This document shows positions 26,730 through 31,046 of a stretch of 31,046 nucleotides of DNA, in pieces. The notes below the pieces were generated by a model. It searched no databases, was not told where the DNA came from, and saw only the letters and a list, made by a program, of their open reading frames with translations. Source of the stretch: Bacteroidales bacterium (GTDB taxonomy: Bacteria > Bacteroidota > Bacteroidia > Bacteroidales > VadinHA17); assembly GCA_046260645.1 (NCBI GenBank), contig JBHEOU010000001.1, positions 1 to 31,046 of the forward strand. Reading direction: 5' to 3'. Each line of letters begins with the position of its first letter. The first letter of the stretch is position 1. The position numbers were made by a program, and so were the translations under genes.

Positions 26730-29700
26730 ATGCGCCCCGGCAGAATTCTGCTTTTTCTGCTTTCCGTCACTCTGACGCTCTTCATCCTGAGCCTTGTGAT
26801 CGCTCGACTGCGAACGGGGAGGGACCCACTGTTACACGAGTCTTATACTGATACGCTTGCACATCATGAGGAAACTCATGACACGCTGTTCAGCGACACT
26901 GTCTTAAAAGATCAGCCGGCAGCTGATGTCGGCGATCAGGGCATCGCGCGCGATTCGGCTTCGGCTTCATTTCCGGCTTCGTCTTCGTCTTCGGCCCCGG
27001 TTCCGGCTTCAGCTGAGGCAGGAATGGCTCCGGCCACTGTCAGGGCCCCGTACTATCCGGGTGACGCGCTGAGAGACTCCCTGGCTGAGGGCCGGCAGGT
27101 AAGGATACTCTACTTTGGAGACTCACAGATTGAGGGTGACAGGGTAACTTCCATGCTCAGGCAGAAGCTTAGAGCTGAAGGAGGAGGAACAGGTCCCGGG
27201 CTCTTCTCTCCGGTCATGCCGGTGATGTATACAAGGTCATATGTTGTCAGATCGTCATCAAACTGGAAGAGATATACACTTCTCGATTACAGGAAAGGCT
27301 CCCTTCCCCACAACAGGCTCGGACCAATGCTGGCCATCTGCCGCTTTACTCCCCCGGAGACGGGCCTTACTGCACGCTCATTTGCCTCGGTTAAGATAAA
27401 CCCGGTTCCCGGTGCCGATACATCTGTGTCGAAATACGAAAAGCTGAGGATATTCTACGGTAACAATTACGACACCATACTTGTCGGCATCAGGTCAGGA
27501 AATACCATGGTCGATTTCGCCATGCTGCAGATGGGCGAAGGGCCGATTGAATATGCCGTGCCTCTTCCTTCCATATCGGATATCACCATCGAATTCACCG
27601 GCCGTAACTCTCCTGATATATATGCCCTGAGTCTTGAGAGCGATACGGGAATGATCATTGACAATATCCCTGTTCGCGGAAGCGCCGGCCTTGAGTTTGT
27701 GATGACAGATATCCGGGGCTTTGAAGGATGCCTCTCCGGGCTTGACCCCGATGTCATCTTTCTGCAGTTCGGCCTTAATGTAGTCAGGAACGTCAGGAGC
27801 GAGTATCATTATTATGAAGAGGGCCTGGTCAAGCAGATCGAATACCTGAAAAAGGCAAGCGGCGGCGTACCGGTAGTACTGGTGAGCGTAACGGATATGG
27901 CACTGCGGGTAAGTGACACCATAAGACACTTCCCCAACATCAGGGCAATACGCGATGCGCAGAAGAAAGCCGCCGAGAGGAGCGGTGCCATATTCTGGGA
28001 TGCGTGGCAGGAAATGGGCGGCTCAGGCTCTATCATGAGATGGTTCAGCCACAAGCCACCGCTGGCGTCGAAAGACCTGACCCATCTGTCAAATGCCGGG
28101 GCAGACACCCTCGCCGCAAGAATAATGGCAGACCTGCTGGTCGCCCGCACAGCGCCGGCAGAGCCTGCTTTTGGGTCGACGGCTGCAACCGACTCCCTCT
28201 CTGCAGAAGCTACAGGGTCCGGAGCATATGATGCCGGGCCTGGCGCTCTGCCCGCGGGCGACACCGTCAGCGGTTATGATGAACTTCCCGGGGCTGACAC
28301 ATATGACGATGGCCAGATTCCCGGGGCTGACACTGAGGATGATGGCCAGATTGCCGGGGCTGACACTGAGGATGAGGGCGATGGCTGGGTCGCCTATATA
28401 CTGAAGTATAACCCGCGCCAGTCTTTCATATTCACCACAACGGGATTCTGGATCTTCTTTCTTGTAGTGATGGCAGGGTTTGCCCTGATGCATAAAAAAA
28501 GAGCCATGTGCCATACATGGCTGCTGCTGGTGAGCCTTTACTTCTATTACCGGGTCGGAGGTCTGTTCATAATACTGCTGATGCTAACCACGGCACTGAC
28601 TTACTTTACGGCCCTCATGACCGGCAGGGCTGAACGAAAGGCCGGAAAGCGCCTGTGGCTCATAACCAATATCGTTCTGCTGCTGGGCTTCCTCTCATAC
28701 TTCAAGTATGCAGGTTTTATCACGGAGACGATTAATTCACTCTTCAACACGGCGTTTGTAGCTCATGATATCTTCTCAGCCTGGTCAAACAGCATGTTGG
28801 GAACATCGTTTGACATCAACACTATTGTGCTGCCGGTAGGGATATCGTTCTTCACCTTCCAGGCGCTGAGCTACAGCATTGATGTCTACAGGGGTCGTAT
28901 GATGCCTGAAAGGAACTTCATCGATTTTGCCTTTTACCTGACCTTTTTTCCTCAGCTGGTGGCCGGTCCGATAGTAAGAGCCTCGGAGTTTATTCCCCAG
29001 ATGAGGGGAGAGTACACCATCAGCCGAAACGAATTCGGGTATGGGGTATTCCTGATACTGCAGGGCCTTATCAAGAAGATGCTGATCTCCGACTTGATCT
29101 CTGTCGGGTTCATCGACAGGGTATTCGATACTCCGGCACTGTATTCGGGTTTTGAGAACCTCATGGCTGTCTACGGTTACGGCCTTCAGATCTACTGTGA
29201 CTTCTCGGGATATACTGACATTGCCATAGGCGTGGCAATGCTTATGGGTTTCAGGCTGCCTCTCAATTTCAACTCGCCTTACAAGGCTGCCAATATTGGC
29301 GATTTCTGGAGGCGCTGGCACATCTCTCTCTCCAGATGGCTAAAGGATTACCTCTATATCCCTCTCGGAGGCAACAGGAAAGGCCCTGTAAGAACAGGTA
29401 TCAACCTGATGATAACGATGCTTCTCGGAGGACTGTGGCATGGTGCTGCCATGCGCTTTTTGATATGGGGCGGCCTGCACGGGGTGGCACTTGTGGCAGA
29501 TAAGGCCTGGCAGTGGATCTTCAGGGGTGTGCGAAGTAAATCACGTATGGCACGCATAGCCGGCATCATACTGACCTTCAACTTCGTGAGCTTCGCGTGG
29601 ATATTCTTCCGTGCGGGAACAACGGAAGAGGCAGGGGTAATGCTGACGCAGATATTCACCTCATTCACACCGGGAGACTATGGCAGGGTCATAATGGCCT

Positions 29701-29894
29701 ACCTGCCCGTGATGGTCCTTATTGCCTCAGGATATATTTTGCATTTTCTTCCCGTAACCACCAAGGAGGCTTACCGGGGCCTTTTCATCAGGCTGCCTCT
29801 GGTGATGAAGTTCCTGATAGCAATAGTGGTAGTCCTGCTGCTCCACAAGGTTGGAACCGATGTGGTTCAGCCTTTCATCTATTTCAGGTTCTGA
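26730..29894 (+). CDS. Fused SGNH/GDSL acetyltransferase-like domain plus AlgI/PatA-type MBOAT O-acyltransferase with C-terminal FIYFRF motif
   Basis: N-terminal TM; GDS (S132), GSAG, QFGLN, DLTH (D449/H452); acidic linker; MBOAT motifs LPVGISFFTFQALSY, FFPQLVAGPIVRA, YCDFSGYTDIAIG, NFNSPY, FWRRWHISLSRWLKDYLYIPLGG, GLWHGA (H904); ends PFIYFRF. Confidence 0.9.
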   Translation: MRPGRILLFLLSVTLTLFILSLVIARLRTGRDPLLHESYTDTLAHHEETHDTLFSDTVLKDQPAADVGDQGIARDSASASFPASSSSSAPVPASAEAGMAPATVRAPYYPGDALRDSLAEGRQVRILYFGDSQIEGDRVTSMLRQKLRAEGGGTGPGLFSPVMPVMYTRSYVVRSSSNWKRYTLLDYRKGSLPHNRLGPMLAICRFTPPETGLTARSFASVKINPVPGADTSVSKYEKLRIFYGNNYDTILVGIRSGNTMVDFAMLQMGEGPIEYAVPLPSISDITIEFTGRNSPDIYALSLESDTGMIIDNIPVRGSAGLEFVMTDIRGFEGCLSGLDPDVIFLQFGLNVVRNVRSEYHYYEEGLVKQIEYLKKASGGVPVVLVSVTDMALRVSDTIRHFPNIRAIRDAQKKAAERSGAIFWDAWQEMGGSGSIMRWFSHKPPLASKDLTHLSNAGADTLAARIMADLLVARTAPAEPAFGSTAATDSLSAEATGSGAYDAGPGALPAGDTVSGYDELPGADTYDDGQIPGADTEDDGQIAGADTEDEGDGWVAYILKYNPRQSFIFTTTGFWIFFLVVMAGFALMHKKRAMCHTWLLLVSLYFYYRVGGLFIILLMLTTALTYFTALMTGRAERKAGKRLWLITNIVLLLGFLSYFKYAGFITETINSLFNTAFVAHDIFSAWSNSMLGTSFDINTIVLPVGISFFTFQALSYSIDVYRGRMMPERNFIDFAFYLTFFPQLVAGPIVRASEFIPQMRGEYTISRNEFGYGVFLILQGLIKKMLISDLISVGFIDRVFDTPALYSGFENLMAVYGYGLQIYCDFSGYTDIAIGVAMLMGFRLPLNFNSPYKAANIGDFWRRWHISLSRWLKDYLYIPLGGNRKGPVRTGINLMITMLLGGLWHGAAMRFLIWGGLHGVALVADKAWQWIFRGVRSKSRMARIAGIILTFNFVSFAWIFFRAGTTEEAGVMLTQIFTSFTPGDYGRVIMAYLPVMVLIASGYILHFLPVTTKEAYRGLFIRLPLVMKFLIAIVVVLLLHKVGTDVVQPFIYFRF
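26953..27012 (+). repeat. In-frame hexamer-type low-complexity tract (TCGGCT/TCGTCT; Ser/Ala/Pro linker)
   Basis: gattcggcttcggcttcatttccggcttcgtcttcgtcttcggccccggttccggcttca encodes DSASASFPASSSSSAPVPAS. Confidence 0.75.
28287..28376 (+). repeat. 33-bp in-frame tandem repeat, about 2.7 copies (PGADT[YE]DDGQI)
   Basis: CCCGGGGCTGACACATATGACGATGGCCAGATT / CCCGGGGCTGACACTGAGGATGATGGCCAGATT / GCCGGGGCTGACACTGAGGATGAG. Confidence 0.9.
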
Positions 29895-29957
29895 GGAATT
29901 CCCGTTTCCTTCTGCTTTTTCCTGTACCAGGTATGAAAATCTATAGCCGCGGTGAGG

Positions 29958-31046
29958 CTATTTCCTTGACTCTGTCATCAATTCAGCTTCCGATATCCCT
30001 TTCGAGACGGCCCTTATCATTATCCTTCCCGGGTTTGTGCCGGCCCTGAGCAGGATTGAAGCTACCCCGGCTTCAGCCCTGGCAGGATTATCACCGATAA
30101 GCTCCGCATCACCCCTCACCGTGAATTCCACCAGCGAGCCAGTATTGTGGACAGGGTTACCGCCGGAGTCAACCATGGCGGCATGGATGAATATGACATC
30201 CGAGCCAACTGCCCGCAGCGGCTTGTTACTGAAGTCTGCCGTCAGGCGCAATGCAGTCGGCGGCCCTGGCGTGGTGACGCTGTGCGAGTCGAACTCGTTG
30301 CCATTCTTCAGCGCCGTCGCCCTCAGTGTTCCCGCTGAATACCCGGGCAGGGTGAAGGTAAAAGGGGGACGAGTGAGATTCGTTGCCGACGAATCCCTGT
30401 CAGGTCCCCGGACAGCAATCAGGGTATCATTCCGGAACAGCTGCACGCTGTCGGCGTTGCTGTATACCTTTACTGTATTCCCGGAAGAAGGGAGGTTATG
30501 ATGCGCTATGAAGCATACCGGGCCATCGTCTGCCTGGCTCCGGTAGAACCAGTAGGCAAACTTCGGGAGCCTGAAGATATTCATGATGCCCGAGGCAGAA
30601 ATATCAGGGGCACAACCTCTGTTGTAGTCGAACATTCCCCAGTTGGCGTCACCAATTCCCGGTCGTGCAAGGTTATCATTATGAGCCTCCTGGAAATTGT
30701 TTGCCTGTTGCAGGAGCCGGCCCTCTCTCTCACCGGGCTTCAGCCCTGAGGTTATCAAGGCCGGCACGGTGTCACTGAAGCCTGTCTGGCTGAGACCTTC
30801 ATACTCCGCGCATGACTCCCGGTCTCCATACTCAGCTATGAAGAGAGGTTTCCGGGTCTCTCTCCCGTTGTGGTAATCAGGAGGCATTACATGCTGTCTT
30901 GCAGGAATGTAGACATCGCAGATGGTATCCATCCAGCTGCAGGTATAATTGTTACCGTAGGGGAGCTCCTCCTTCACCGTCTCATGAAGGCGCCGGAGGA
31001 AGCTGTATGGCATGACGGTCTCATTGAGCGAGGCCTCCCACATCAC
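29958..31046 (-). CDS. Glycoside hydrolase family 2 (beta-galactosidase-like), 3' part only; 5' end outside the window
   Basis: WEASLNE (acid/base region), FIAEYG (nucleophile region), W.MFDYNRG, SGIM.IFRLPKFAYWFY, VKVYSNA.SV.LF.N, C-terminal Ig-like domain (TPG.P..L.L..D, V.F.V.G...L.G.NP). The ORF is open to the window edge. Confidence 0.85.
   Translation of the reverse strand: MMWEASLNETVMPYSFLRRLHETVKEELPYGNNYTCSWMDTICDVYIPARQHVMPPDYHNGRETRKPLFIAEYGDRESCAEYEGLSQTGFSDTVPALITSGLKPGEREGRLLQQANNFQEAHNDNLARPGIGDANWGMFDYNRGCAPDISASGIMNIFRLPKFAYWFYRSQADDGPVCFIAHHNLPSSGNTVKVYSNADSVQLFRNDTLIAVRGPDRDSSATNLTRPPFTFTLPGYSAGTLRATALKNGNEFDSHSVTTPGPPTALRLTADFSNKPLRAVGSDVIFIHAAMVDSGGNPVHNTGSLVEFTVRGDAELIGDNPARAEAGVASILLRAGTNPGRIMIRAVSKGISEAELMTESRK

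Noticed and set aside
1-31046. Transposase, integrase, tRNA, rRNA or defence-system genes
   Set aside because: No ORF or intergenic sequence with such motifs; nearly all bases are accounted for by housekeeping CDSs.

Overview
Mostly core-genome window of a Bacteroidota (Bacteroidia/Bacteroidales-like) bacterium. The assignment rests on repeated TAnnTTTG promoter boxes, mostly SD-less A-rich starts, the DUF4492-cydAB and pyrE-SRPBCC-birA gene orders, and parA-parB-DUF5683-mltD. Bases 1-~1040 are an AT-rich segment with an ECF sigma factor and a truncated TlpA-like thioredoxin. The rest carries a class V PLP enzyme, a bacterial-ceramide-synthase-like GNAT, L31 type B, lon, coaD, NUDIX, pyrE, birA, rsfS, ftsH, cdsA, psd, a flavodiiron protein, hsp20, an AI-2E transporter, cydAB, pssA, a HAD phosphatase, glutaminyl cyclase, parAB, mltD, a 1054-aa SGNH-MBOAT fusion and the 3' part of a GH2 gene. 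The best candidate for an undescribed system is the 1054-aa protein. It appears to join the periplasmic SGNH acetyltransferase, the MBOAT and the C-terminal Tyr acyl-shuttle motif (FIYFRF) of an envelope O-acetylation pathway in one chain, directly behind a lytic transglycosylase. Other points of interest are a Lys at the normally conserved CydA E107 position, sigma54-like promoters at hsp20 and rsfS-ftsH (with paired palindromes at hsp20), a heptamer-type repeat array after pyrE, and a REP-like doublet. No rRNA, tRNA, CRISPR or transposase was seen. All family calls come from motif recognition by eye; no database searches were run.
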